Shown here in pieces: positions 13,981 to 29,994 of a DNA stretch of 64,000 bases (position 1 is the stretch's first letter; every line of letters starts with the position of its first letter). Below the pieces are notes generated by a model. It was not told where the DNA came from. It ran no database searches and worked only from the letters and a program-made list of their open reading frames with translations. Origin of the DNA: Eledone cirrhosa (Eukaryota); assembly GCA_964016885.1 (NCBI GenBank), contig OZ024746.1, forward strand, positions 14,198,001 to 14,262,000, in the 5' to 3' direction. Position numbers and translations under genes: made by a program.

Positions 13981-15809
13981 TTTTAGGTTATTCCCTTTTT
14001 TATTCATAACCTTAGGACCGATACAGCAACACTTCTCTATATCTTATTTCTCTGAAACGGAGTCACCTGCTCGAAATACAAGTCCCTTTAGCTCGCCTTG
14101 GCAAATCAACTTATTGAATCTGTTATGGTCATATAGTTCACAGGGAACTTCATTGTAATTTACTACAGAATTTTAACGTTAAACAGAATACTCTATATAC
14201 ATGTGATGCCAAGTAGACAGTTTTGCAGTTAATCTGCTTCTGAAAGGAATTCATTGTCTTTAAAGTTTCAACTGGAATTCAAAACTATGTCATTAACTGG
14301 GTATTTCAATCTTTTCCCCAGTGCATACATAGCCATCCAATTAAATTGGCATAATACCTTAACCCATGAAACGATTTTATCTGCCAATTATATTTGAAAG
14401 AATTCTATTCAAATAGAGGCAATGTCTCAGCATCTATTTTCTGAGTTTAAATTTATATTCATGCTTACATGATTTTGGTTTGGAATTTCAGGTCAATTAA
14501 GTGAACATCCAATTATTGAGAAATCGTTTAAGCGAATTTAAAACTTAAAATCGGTATTGCTTAAAACCCTATTTACTTATTTAGTAAACTTTATAAGTGT
14601 GACAACTCCCAAGTTTGCTTTTGGGTCTTTTTATATTAATTTTATTTGGTGGTAGAAAACGTGTTTAAATGAATGGAATAATCTTAAATGTGTTACACTA
14701 ATATTGGTAGTTAGGAAAAGAAATTTCGAGAATAGTTATATCTGGCTGTGTTAGATGGTGTCCATTTGGCTGAAGGGCATACGTATATAACTCGTAATTG
14801 TCTCCAGTTCTTGGTAAGATAATAATTCTCACCTGTCTCATTCAGATGATAACGCATTGAAGTATTGAGTTTGCGCGACTCTTTATTGAAGCACTGAAGA
14901 AACAAACAATTGAGAATGCACAGATTGATTCTTCTCGTATGATTATAAAGATACTGAAGGCAAGAAAACTACAAATTTTTAGCATCTTATTTAAATATCA
15001 TATGGAAGAAACGTATCAATTCCAAGTTGTAGAATAGTTTAAAAATGAAAGAATTCATATTGCTTTTTACTTTATTTTTCTTTTAGCGTACTATTTTGAG
15101 ACGCATATACAGAGTATAAAAATTATTTGATAAATATCCTCATATTTTTTATACGAAAGAAGTATAAAATATGGACACGTATGAACACATATTACGTTCA
15201 ACATTTATTTCTGTTATTCCCCATTAAAATTGGATATTACACAGAGAAATGAATCACTCATTATAAGGGTTTTTCAAACAATTTAGCAGTTATGTGTTTC
15301 ACTATTTGCGATATTAAAGAGTCGATTTGTTATCATTTTACAACTTTCTACTTTACTTTTCCATTTTTTTTCTTATACGACACCTCTTTACATTCTGTCT
15401 TTCTCTGTCACAAAACCTAAGAGAAAATTAACTACTGCCATTGCTGTTATACTTAAGGCATTCAACTGGAAAAAAAACGAATTGTTATTCCCTCCCGGCT
15501 AAATATGAATAGGATGATGTAGAAAAGAAATCCACACAAATAATTGTATATAACTTCTAAACGAATAAATATTAAAATATTAATATAGAAGCGAGGTCGT
15601 TGAAGCAAGTGCATGTCAATTTGTAAGTGTAATGTCAATTTATGTTATCAGTATAATGTACAAACGAATATAGTAGGCACTGGGCAAATTGTGAGTAATT
15701 ATATGTGTATATATATAAATGTATATATATTGAGTGTTTGAGGTACGGGGACCTGGAATAGCACAAATCAGTGTAGTACTCGATACAGGGTATAATGTTG
15801 AGCAGGTAT

Positions 15810-16866
<1,057 letters not shown>

Positions 16867-17001
16867 GAAAGTGATATTTTATTTTACAAAATGAAAAATA
16901 ACCGAGGTGTCCTACACGAGGGAAAGTATAAAGAAAAAAAGATGAAATCGAAAATGCAACTGGAGTCTTATTTTAAAAAAAATATATATATTTATTTGGT
17001 T

Positions 17002-17039
17002 CCTTTACCGCTTTCGCAGTTCTTCTGCTTTTCAAAAGT
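17002..17039 (-). ncRNA. Hammerhead with U3-A8 core variant (family C)
   Basis: Minus strand: CTT-TTGAAAA-GCAG AAGAA CTGC-GAAA-GCGG-TA-AAGG; sister copy at 41610. Confidence 0.65.
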
Positions 17040-17168
17040 AGAGTTGGAATGGAGGGTCTGTGGTTTTTCTCATATTATATATAAGTTTATCCCGGGTTCA
17101 ATCGGGGGTAGCCACAGTAATTAAGGTACTCAATACAAATCAGAGTATAAATATTTAATACAGAAAGA

Positions 17169-17215
17169 CTTCTACAAGACTAGAACTGTTTCATTCGGGA
17201 GAAATCATCAGGAAG
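17169..17215 (-). ncRNA. Type I hammerhead ribozyme
   Basis: Minus strand: CTTC-CTGATGA-TTTCTCCCGAAT-GAAA-CAG TTCTAGTC TTG-TA-GAAG. Confidence 0.75.
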
Positions 17216-17312
<97 letters not shown>

Positions 17313-17369
17313 CATATATATATAAATATAAATATATATACATAATATATATCTATAAAGTTTATTTAA

Positions 17370-17648
17370 ATAAAGATGGCGTAAATATACAATACAACAG
17401 GAGGAACATAATAGCACCACTGTCGATGTTGCAGATGTGCAACGAAAGAACTTTGTTAGACTATATATATGTGTTTATATCTATATTATATCTGTATTTT
17501 TGACCGTTGGTCAGTCAATGGTAAACATTGAGGACCGAATGAATTAACTGATATAAAAGATACAAAAGCGAAAACCAACCAAACAGTGAGTGTGTTCTGT
17601 TATTAATTCTGGCAATATTATTACAACAATATGACCCTCCCCAAGTAT

Positions 17649-17655
<7 letters not shown>
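17370..17655 (+). mobile_element. Diverged relative of the 35691-36660 HHR element
   Basis: Shares AAGATGGCGTA, CTGTCGA-TGTTGCAGATGTGCAAC-GAAA-GAACTT (17420-17453) and terminus ATGACCCTCCCAAGTATAACAA-(TA)n. Confidence 0.65.
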
Positions 17656-17729
<74 letters not shown>

Positions 17730-17831
17730 AATGAAGTAATTCCATCGGAAAAGTCCAGGAAAAAAGAGTGCTCTATGTAGGCAACAGAGCTTAATTATTA
17801 TTATTATGTAATAAACAACATAAGGCAATTA

Positions 17832-17891
17832 TTCCATTTACCAGTGGTTTCTTAAAAGCAAAAGGTTTTGCTTTCAATCGTCAGAACGAAA
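17832..17891 (-). ncRNA. Type I hammerhead ribozyme, canonical core (family D)
   Basis: Minus strand: TTTCGTT-CTGACGA-TTGAAAGCAAAACCTTTTGCTTTTAA-GAAA-CCACTGG-TA-AATGGAA. Confidence 0.85.
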
Positions 17892-17999
17892 AAATCCTGG
17901 TTTGTTTATTGAATTTGGATTACAAAAACAAAAATGCAATCTATATGAAAGTGAGGCTGGAGAAGGGAGAAGGAAAGGAAAAATAAAATAAAATAAAAC

Positions 18000-18700
18000 T
18001 ACGCATGCAAACACACACACAAAAAACCCCAAAAGCATACTTACACACACATACATATATACATATATATATGTACGCATACATATATACATATACACAT
18101 ATATATAAAACGTACACTTACATACACATACACATATATACACACATATACACATACATACATTAATACATATACACACACGCACACACACACATACACA
18201 CACACACACACACAAACGTATACACACACACATATATATATGTACATATATATATATATGTATACATATATATATACATATACACACATACACATACACA
18301 CACATACACATGTGTGTGTACAAGCATACACATACACAAACATAGCCATACACACACACACATATATACACACATACATACATTCACACAAACATACAAA
18401 ACGTACATACATACACATACATGAATACACTCCTCTACATATTCACACACGCAAATAAATATAAGAAAAAAATATATATATATTAAAAATTTTTGACACC
18501 GATACATGACCCAGCTAACAGGACAGACACGCGTGGTAAGTAATACACACAAAAGCACGTATACATACGTACGAAATAGTAAACACATACACACACTCTC
18601 ATACATAAATATACATAAACAAATACAAAAACACATACATACACATACATACACAAACACGCACACGTATACAATATAAACACACACACACACATAATAT

Positions 18701-18733
<33 letters not shown>

Positions 18734-18956
18734 CATATATATACAAAAATATAAAAATATAAACGCACACATACACACACACACACATATACGTAAACAC
18801 ACATATACATACATAGCTAAACAATTATACACATGCAAATACGTATATATCAAAAACACGCACAACCAAATACAAATACACACACACACACAACCACACA
18901 CACACACAACCACACACACACACATACATAAAAAAATAATAAATACACACACACAT

Positions 18957-19040
<84 letters not shown>

Positions 19041-19105
19041 ACACATACGTACATATACACATATGCATTCACATATACACACACATATACATGTGTGTAT
19101 GTGTA
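18000..19105. repeat. Long degenerate CA/TA low-complexity tract
   Basis: Direct reading; lies between two copies of the family D HHR segment. Confidence 0.85.
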
Positions 19106-19240
19106 AAACTCAGTATTAGAAAAGACAAATGAACCTTACATAAACGTATATATAGTAATAAAGTAATAAGGCAACATAAGGCAATTATTCCATTCACCAG
19201 AGGTTTCTTAAAAGCAAAAAATATATATATATATATATAT

Positions 19241-20460
<1,220 letters not shown>

Positions 20461-20504
20461 CACAAAAAAGAGAATCATTGTTGCGACGAAAGGAATTTAT
20501 TGGA

Positions 20505-20595
20505 CATATTACAATTGTTTCTAGGGTGACCAGCTCGAGGCACGATCGATGTGATGATCAAACCTGACTCTGAAATCGCTCGGTCCTCGGATACG
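20505..20595 (-). ncRNA. Hammerhead with CCGAGGA (U4C) core and long stem II (family E)
   Basis: Minus strand: CGTAT-CCGAGGA-long insert-GAAA-CAATTG-TA-ATATG then AATAAA; flanked by a short inverted repeat 20457-20494 / 20616-20653. Confidence 0.65.
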
Positions 20596-21604
20596 TCTCG
20601 ATTCTACGAAGCAGATTTTCCTATTCGCAAAACTGATTCTCTTTTTTCTGTGAGGGCATCGAGTGCTCATACTGCCTACCGCATACGGACGCTTTAAGCC
20701 TTCAACACCAATTATATATATATATATGCACCAAAAGATCTAAACCAAAGTAATCCGCAATGTTAGGCAATTCGGTCTGTTATTATCTTATGTCGTGCTT
20801 GTAAATGCACAACAGGCAAGCGTATTACTAAAGAAAACGTTTTTGTTTAAACAGAGTGCATTCCACAAGATCTGCGGTCGGGGATCGTGTAAGCATGTCG
20901 AACACCAGCTGGCAACCTGAATACACTTATCTTGCTAAGATGCCTTCAGTACACTTGTACGTGCAATCTGAGATTGTGGTCTAATACTGTATCTGGTACA
21001 TTTCACTCTTGAATGTATTTGTAATTGTATAGCATCGTGTAATAAATGTTCATTTGTTCTTCTTTGACAGTGAAATAATAATACAGAATCTCATTGGAAT
21101 TAGAAATTATTCACGAATTCCGAAATATTTATTATTTAATTTTTTCTGTGCATCTTTTTTGTCGCGTACTTAGCCTTTATTTAATTTATAGATTTCCTTT
21201 TCCTTTCCTCATCTTTCTATTTTCCGCAAATTACATTGTTTCATGTATGAGAACATTATAGTATTACATCAGATTATCACTTTAATTTCATTATATTACA
21301 CACTTCTTTAGATGTAGATTACATGATATTTCCAAAAATGCTGAATGTATTGATGTATCAATAGTTTCTTAGCACAACCAACAGAAGCAAAATTCAAGTG
21401 AACGAATTTAGGTTATTGGTTTTAGCAAACAATTTCAAACGCTACGCTAAGCCTTTCATTAATTATCACTTATGTTTTTATGTATGTGACATAGCTGAAT
21501 ACATTTTAACTTCACACCTATTCAATCCACCCCAGCTCTCAGTTTATGTATTACAACTTGAAATTGTTTTGGTAGTAGTTTTATTATGACAGCCAAGATT
21601 CAAG

Positions 21605-21805
21605 AGTGGTAGATTGGGAGTATCGGAAGAGCGTCGAACAAGATGCTTCGAGGTTGCGCCAAATTTCAAATCCCACCGAGGTTAACTTTGCCTTTCATCC
21701 TTACGGGGTCAATAAAATAAAGCATCAGTAATGCACTGGGGCCGATTTAATCGACTTTCCCCTCCCCTAAAATTGTTGGCCTTGTGCCTAAATCAGAAAC
21801 CATTA
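21605..21805 (+). mobile_element. Deu/Nin SINE, older copy
   Basis: Diverged head, conserved body and tail. Confidence 0.8.
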
Positions 21806-22445
21806 TGACTGACAACCAAGTGTAACAGAGTATTTTATCTATAGTTATTTGGGTGGCTACCTCTTTAAGTATTATAAACAAAATTACCCGTCTCAAAAAA
21901 AAAACTACACACAAAAAACCTACTCGTACGTACCCATGAAACACAAAAAAATTCGAACACACACACACACACACAAACACACACTCAAACGTACATACTC
22001 ACGTAGATAGACACAATACAAAAACAAATCCCATACACACACACGCACACACACTCACGCGCACGGGCATACACCAAAAAAGCCCCAAAGAACTCACAGA
22101 TGCAGGCACACCAGTGTGCATACACCAATAATATAAGATTCAGAAACACGCACCTGTAGGCATACACACGCAGACAGAAGCAATAATCCACACCTACCAC
22201 CCCAAACCTCTTAACACTCTTTTCCAAACTCTCTCGCTCCTTCTCTCTCTCCCCCTCTCTCCTTCTCTCTCTTCCACCTCTCTCCTTCTCTCTCCCAGTC
22301 CTCAATTGTATGACGTAGAACTATTTTTTCAACTATATATATTATATATATATAAATGAAAGTAGAGAAATTAATGTGAGCAAGAAGCCAACAGTATTTC
22401 ATAATATATAAGTGACTATAACGTCAAAATGGAAAATAATATATA

Positions 22446-22519
<74 letters not shown>

Positions 22520-22534
22520 CTATATATATATATG

Positions 22535-22594
<60 letters not shown>

Positions 22595-22599
<5 letters not shown>

Positions 22600-22988
22600 G
22601 TGGCCCTTATTTTTCAGCTTTCTAAAAGTTTAGCTCCCACCCTATCTTGTTTCAATTAACAAAAAAAAAACAATCTATGTAAAACCTTAGCTCAAGCGGA
22701 CCACTGCATGGCGACGGTCATCGACCGTGAAATTTTGAAGTTTTCGCCCGGAAAGTCATTTTTTCAGATAAAAACTTTTTATCTCTTATATAATTTTCTC
22801 TTAAATTAAAAACTTGTTCAGACTTATTCTTGGTATTAGAAGGATAAGTGATAATAAATATAATGGGGAACGCAACTTGCAAAGCTGGGGACAGAGCGAA
22901 GTTATGGGGCAAACATCTATTTTTTCGCTGTGGGAGCAGCAAAATTTTAACTTTCGGAAACAATTATCCATTGCTAAGGCCACCCTAA
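22595..22988. mobile_element. MITE-like element with TTAG(A/G)GTGGCC TIRs (possibly hATm-related)
   Basis: TTAGAGTGGCCCTTA ... TAAGGCCACCCTAA terminal inverted repeats. Confidence 0.6.
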
Positions 22989-23344
22989 TATACATATATC
23001 CGTATGTGGTTGACAGCTGAGAGAAATGAGTACTCGGTATTGAGTAAAAATATATATATATACATATATATATGTATATATATGATATGTATATATATAT
23101 ATACACTCTTCTTACTCTCCTTGCTTTCATATTTCTCCTTGCTCCCCTTTTCTCATTGTATTTGTATATAAACAAGTACATAGATACAAGGAGAAAGAGA
23201 GAGCAAGGAGAAACGGAGAGTAAAGAGAGCAATGAGAAAATGAGAGCAAGTAGAGCAATGAGAACAAGGATAAAGGAGACCAAGGAGAGCAATGAGTAAA
23301 GGAGAGCAATGATAAAGGGAGAGCAAGGAGAGCAAGGAGCGGTT

Positions 23345-23640
23345 AAGGCAAATATTGCTCAAGTTATGCTGGAAGCAGATAAAGCTGAAAAAATCAACTG
23401 CACCAAAATGAATTTTCTTCCTGTATAAACATCGAGTCTTTTGTAACTCCTGGTACAAAAACTTTCTTCACGAGGTTTTCTATCAGCACCGATTTCCTCG
23501 ACAAAGAACATGGAAGGATGATCCTGGTCACAGAAAGAGGTGTCAAACTCATTCAGGATTACAATAACATTCTCATAAAATATGAAACTGAGAAACAATT
23601 TGTTTTACAGATCGTTACCGAAAACCCAACTGCCACTAAA
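23345..23640 (+). mobile_element. Decayed DNA-transposase C-terminal fragment (hATm-like)
   Basis: Frameshifted remnant ERGVKLIQDYNNILIKYETEKQFVLQIVTEN; superfamily assigned from memory. Confidence 0.5.
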
Positions 23641-23657
23641 TCCTCTCTTATGCAAAA

Positions 23658-23843
23658 ATAATTGTTTCTACTTTTTGGCACAAGGCCACAATTACCCAGT
23701 GCATTACTGGTACTTTATTTTATCGACCCCATAAGGATGAAAGGCAAAGTTAACCTCGGCGGGATTTGAACTCAGATCATAAAGGGACGTAACACTATGC
23801 TTCAAAGCATGGCGTCCGACCTTCTACCGATACTGCCAATACA
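23658..23843 (-). mobile_element. Deu/Nin SINE, full length
   Basis: Consensus match; TSD-like GCAAAAATAAT on both sides. Confidence 0.9.
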
Positions 23844-24245
23844 CCAAGCAAAAATAATGTTCAATATTCATTGTTCAGTGTTCACATTATGTTTTTGATT
23901 CTATAGAAATTATTGTTGTAAATAAAAATGCGGTTCTCTTATAGAAGTTGTGTGGTTTATTAAGAAAACTTAATATTTCTTAAGTTGTTCATGTTATTTC
24001 AGGAATTTTTCAAATTAACTATTGGTAAATTTGATTCAGAATGTTTTTAAACATTGCTGGGGTTGCCTGGATGTGTCCACATAAATTTCTCTAAGAAGAA
24101 AAAAGAAAATGGTCGAGATAAGGAACAGTATACCGCTTTTGAACTGAATTAATCGTTGCGTATACTATGTTCCAACTTCAAGGCGTTTCAGGTTCGCCTA
24201 AAAGTTGCCCGATTTATCTGAAATTTTGCAGACCCCGTGTTTTTG

Positions 24246-24565
24246 TCGGCTGTGCGAATGATCTAGGCATCGTCTCTATGTGTTGGTATTTTAACGATAG
24301 TTATAGCTCTGGTTAATCCAAACTATTGAGCCCTCTGCCACACATGTCGAAGATTGTTTATCATTATTTCGTGGGCCGAGATTCTGATTCTCGATTATTT
24401 ACTTATATATATATAATCGAGAATCAGAATCTCGGCCCACGAAATAATGATAAACAATCTTCGACATGTGTGGCAGAGGGCTCAATAGTTTGGATGAACC
24501 AGAGCTATAACTATCGTTAAAATACCAACACATAGAGACGATGCCTAGATCATTCGCACAGCCGA
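24246..24565. repeat. Near-perfect palindrome (~150 bp arms) centred on a putative HHR stem II
   Basis: The central hairpin GTGGGCCGAGA...TCTCGGCCCAC is followed directly by GAAA-TAATGA-TA (24441-24452). Confidence 0.7.
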
Positions 24566-24841
24566 AAAAAAACGACCTGGAAAATTCGGGTCACTCAAAT
24601 AATAAACTAATAAATTAATAAATTAAATGAATGTAAAAACTCACCCGGACCCGCTAGAAGGATGTTAAATTCTAGCTGTTTGGGTTTCTGCAGTTTCTTA
24701 ATCAATTACTGTCAGTCCACATAAAAAATATATCTGACTATATATATATATATATTTAATAAAGGAAATAAAACAAACGCAGGGATGCAAAAATGCACAG
24801 TTATATTAGATTCACGCTTATATATATTATAAAGATTCGGG

Positions 24842-24933
24842 ACGCTACGATTGAGCTCTTGTCGTTTCACCAGCTAGTTCCAGACTTTTTACCGAAGGGC
24901 TTCGCGGTTAACTGGCTGTATAATCAGGGGCGT
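24842..24933 (-). ncRNA. Degenerate hammerhead-like motif
   Basis: Minus strand: ACGCCC-CTGATTA-..CAGCCAGTT..AACTAGCTG..-GAAA-CGA CAAGAGCTCAA TCG-TA-GCGT. Confidence 0.55.
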
Positions 24934-25056
24934 AGTTTGTCCATTTAACGGTATACATTATTCATCCAATTGTAAATGTTCTAACTAGTTTCCAACTGGT
25001 TCTCTGCTGATTGCTGATTTATATAGATATAAATAAATAAATATATATATAAATAA

Positions 25057-25234
<178 letters not shown>

Positions 25235-25948
25235 TCAAAAACAATTATCCCGCAGACACTGACATAATTTTTAAATGCGTGGATGAGCAAGCAACTATAT
25301 ACATGAGTGAATGATTAAGATAATGTAAGACGTAGTCATGTTTCTATGCGTATATGTACGAGTATGTGATTAATTTTATTAATGGCAAAAGAGTACATGA
25401 ATAAGTGACTAGATATTCATAGCTAAATTACTTTTACAAGAGGGGGAGAATGGTGACGTCTACTCGACAAATATTTGCTACATTTACATAATTGCAAATC
25501 GCCGGTTTCGATTTCCATATATTGGTAACCACGGCAAGCGTGACTAATTCTAGAATTAGTCATGCTTACCGTGATTAACAAATAGAATGAGATTATTTAT
25601 GATAAAGTAGTAAAAACAAGATCTACTCTTAAGTAAATGATTTGTTGCTAAATGTGTAACCTATTTATATTATATCTTTGACATTTTATCATTGCTTCAC
25701 ACATTTTAAAATAATATACCAACTTGTTTTCAATTACTGATTTCGTTACAGATAACTTTTTCATACTACACTTCTCACCCTTTCTCTCTCTTCTCTCCCT
25801 CTCTTGCTTTCTCTCTCTCTCTCACTCTCTCTCTCTCACACACACACATGCACACTCATACTTAAATATATATATATATATATATAGTAATAATTATTAT
25901 TTTCAATTATGTAAATGTAGCAAATAATAATTATTACTAAATAATAAT

Positions 25949-25999
25949 AGTTTCAGAAGATCCCGTTAAGGGTGAAAGCAGCGATTCTTTGCTTAAACT
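25949..25999 (+). ncRNA. Family B hammerhead-like motif (CAGAAGA core)
   Basis: Same sequence as 13072-13122. Confidence 0.65.
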
Positions 26000-26016
26000 T
26001 TAATCTGTTATTTTAA

Positions 26017-26083
<67 letters not shown>

Positions 26084-26189
26084 AAGCAAGAGAAGGAGAG
26101 AAGAGAGAGAGAGAAATAGAGAAGGGTGAGAAGTGTAGTATGAAAAAGTTATATATATATACATATATATATATATGTATCGATATATA

Positions 26190-26820
26190 ATATATCCGAA
26201 TATAGTTGACGGCTGAGAGAAGAGGATAAAATACAGAGTTGTGTTCAAATCATTTAATAGCTGACAATCGTTTCTTCCAAACTTTCGTTTGGAATCATCG
26301 CAGCATTATCAATGTGTGTACATATAATTAACCTTCAATTTTAATACATTAACATATTTGCTTATCATACAGTATTTATTTATTTATGTATTTATCTATA
26401 TATGCATAATACCTTTACTTATTTCCTTCTCATATATATGACTAACGTATGTGCACTTTCTACACTCTTGCATATGTACTGCTAATGTACTCTTTCTTTC
26501 TCAATGCTTCTTTCTCAATGCCTCTTTAATTATTAGACTATTTTCTTGTCGCATGTATTCCACTCTGTCGCATGTATTCCACTCTGTGCTTTTAATTTTA
26601 ATTTGAAATTTTGTACAATTCTCGTATAATATATGTCGCATCCAGTACACCCTGTAGATACGAAACTGTTGCTCACAACATCAATATATATGTATCTATA
26701 TGCTTGTTCAGCTGAATAGGAGGTTAATTATATGTACAAACATTGATAATGCTCCGATGATTCCAAACGAAAGTTTGGAAGAAACGATTGTCAGCTATTA
26801 AATGATTTGAACACAACTTT
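26190..26820. mobile_element. Inverted pair of HHR-bearing termini
   Basis: Arms about 26236-26335 and 26720-26820. Confidence 0.75.
26748..26799 (+). ncRNA. Hammerhead with CCGATGA core
   Basis: AATGCT-CCGATGA-TTCCAAAC GAAA GTTTGGAA-GAAA-CGATTG-TC-AGCTATT; mirror copy at about 26256-26307 has GCGATGA. Confidence 0.7.
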
Positions 26821-27051
26821 GATAAGTGTCTAATTTATTATATATATATACATATATATATATGTGTGTGTGTGTGGTGTATCGACAGTACAGTTTCTGG
26901 TATGCAACCAAAGTCCAATTAAAGTGCACCAGGGTCGTGAAGATATAGGCTTTTCCAGAGACCCCTTAATGAAAGGACAAACTCTTGAATAGACCGCTAC
27001 AAGTGAGAAATTCTCGGAAGATAGAATTATCCCGGGACACCAAGCACATAT

Positions 27052-27132
<81 letters not shown>

Positions 27133-27134
27133 AT

Positions 27135-27216
<82 letters not shown>

Positions 27217-27375
27217 ATATGTGCTTGGTGTCCCGGGATAATATGTATTGAAGGCCTCTTTGTTTATTTTTTATAATTTTTCGGCTCTGTTATATTACAT
27301 TGAGCTATATCTTATACTGTCATTTCTATAATACGACGAGTGTGTTTAACTCCAACGCACTCTAGTATTTTAATT

Positions 27376-27434
<59 letters not shown>

Positions 27435-27532
27435 TCATGTATCTATGTGCCTGTGTATCGTATTATTATTTTGTCTCAACTCCCTTACAGTCGAGTGAAA
27501 TAGGGAGGGGGGGGGTCTTCTAGCAAATATAT

Positions 27533-27711
27533 TTGTTTCTACTTTAGGCACAAGGCCAGCAATCACCCAGTTCATTACTGGTACTTTATTTTATCGACCC
27601 TGTAAGGATGAAAGGCAAAGTCAACCTCGGCGGGATTTGAACTCAGATCGTAAAGGGACGTAACTATGCTGGAAAGCATGGTGTCCGACCCTCTACCGAT
27701 ACTGCCAATCC
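27533..27711 (-). mobile_element. Deu/Nin SINE, full length
   Basis: Consensus match; TSD-like AGCAAATATATT. Confidence 0.9.
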
Positions 27712-28065
27712 AGCAAATATATTACTCGCCAAACAACACTGTCAGAGGCAAATCACAGGTCAGAAATTCCAACGGAAACACACACTTACCAGTAAACAAC
27801 AAGATTGAGTGAACCACATTTCAAACGGATCAACATTTCAAAAAATGCCCTGTTCGTAAATATTTCTCAAATTTTCAATCATTTTCACCCTAATTTTAAG
27901 CAATTGTTTTATATTTTCTAATTGTTTTCTTCAGGTGTAAAACGAAAAAAGGTTGTTTACATGGTGTACACATACAGAAACACACAGGCACAAAGAGAGA
28001 GAAATATACAGAGAGAGAGGGGGGAAAGGGGGGAGAGGAAGAGAGAGAGGAAGAGAGAGAGAGAG

Positions 28066-28122
<57 letters not shown>

Positions 28123-28531
28123 TGCAAGTACACAAACTCACACACACACGGCGACACACAAACAAATGACAATAGATTCGCCGACTACAATTAATTCTAA
28201 AAGCTCTATATAAGAATGTTATGTTCAATAATAGTTTCAATACTTTTGCTTGATTATATGTTTGTATAATATACCTGAATTATCTATATGTTACACAATT
28301 GAATTGTGTCATATCAAATGCGTACCTCTAGTACAGTATATTAGACACAGGGATACTATAAACAAATTAGGAAGCAATTAATTTTCTACATGAAAGATAA
28401 CAATTCTAGAAATATTCAATAGTGTTATATTAACCGACTACGCTTTTAATAAGACACTTCTGGCATATCTATGGCTACATGGCAACGACAAATATTTTCA
28501 TATATATATATATATTATAATAAAATGACTA

Positions 28532-29086
<555 letters not shown>

Positions 29087-29087
29087 C

Positions 29088-29521
29088 CCCACCAAGTTTA
29101 CTTAGTGAGGAGAGTGATTTTGGACACCCTGCAGGAGAAAAAGCAAAACCTGACAAAGGGCGGAAGAACTCATAATAGTCAATGGCCATCCGAAAGTGTG
29201 TAAATACACATGTACCGCGCGGTTAAACCACTGGGAGTGAAGGACCCCTAGCCTTTGTCAGGGCATTCTTCTAGGAGAAGGAAACTGGGATAACTCCAAT
29301 ATAAAACCTGCGGCTCAGTAGTTACCGATGATGTTGATCTTTTCTTCTTTTCAAGTTATAGCTACTGTCGCTCAGAGAGTGGGATTGGCTCAGTGCACAG
29401 TCTTTCCTCACTTTAAAAAATATCTTCACGCACAGACATTGCACGATAGAATTAATTAATAATTATTAATAATGGTATATTGTGCAATGGTCATACTCGA
29501 TAACGAGGAGGCAGCCATCAT
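29088..29521 (+). mobile_element. RTE 5'UTR-like non-coding element, copy 1
   Basis: Homologous to 29995-30603; CTAGGAGAAGGAAA motif; shared end TACTCGA.AACGAG..GGCAGCCA.CA-(TA)n. Confidence 0.6.
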
Positions 29522-29542
29522 ATATATATATATATATATATA

Positions 29543-29739
29543 TTAAAATAACAGGTTATACGAGGTTGTGTGAAATGTGTATATAAGTACACATATTATA
29601 TATGCAAACATGTAAATATGTATTATGTACGTTCTTCATCTTCAAGTTTAAGCAAACAATCGCTGCTTTCACCCTTAACGGGATCTTCTGAAACCTTATC
29701 GAGCCCTCTTTGGATTTTAGTCTTCACATTTATTATTAT

Positions 29740-29745
<6 letters not shown>
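29543..29745. mobile_element. Rearranged family B element with an inserted local sequence
   Basis: Minus HHR motif about 29645-29695, plus-strand tail 29694-29745, insert 29557-29639. Confidence 0.7.
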
Positions 29746-29772
<27 letters not shown>

Positions 29773-29775
<3 letters not shown>

Positions 29776-29968
29776 CGGAGGAGTTGTGGTAAGGAACAAG
29801 ATGGACCATAACGCACCAGAGTACTCAATACTTAGGGTAGTAGAGTGGGTAATAGGAAAAAGTATGACCCCTACGGCAGAGCTCAAGCCGTTTCGACGGC
29901 TATTTCTGGACCAGAAATAGCCGACGAAACGGCTTGAGCTCTGCCGTCGGGGTCATACTTTTACCTAT
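29773..29968. mobile_element. Family A fold-back centred on HHR stem II
   Basis: Centre GACGGCTATTTCTGG-A-CCAGAAATAGCCGAC then GAAA-CGGC-TTGAGCTCT-GCCG-TC-GGGG. Confidence 0.8.
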
Positions 29969-29994
29969 ATATATGTGTGTATATATATATATAT

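Noticed and set aside
14833-14893. Minus-strand 61-nt exon-like segment
   Set aside because: Splice-like signals only; peptide unrecognised and such matches arise by chance.
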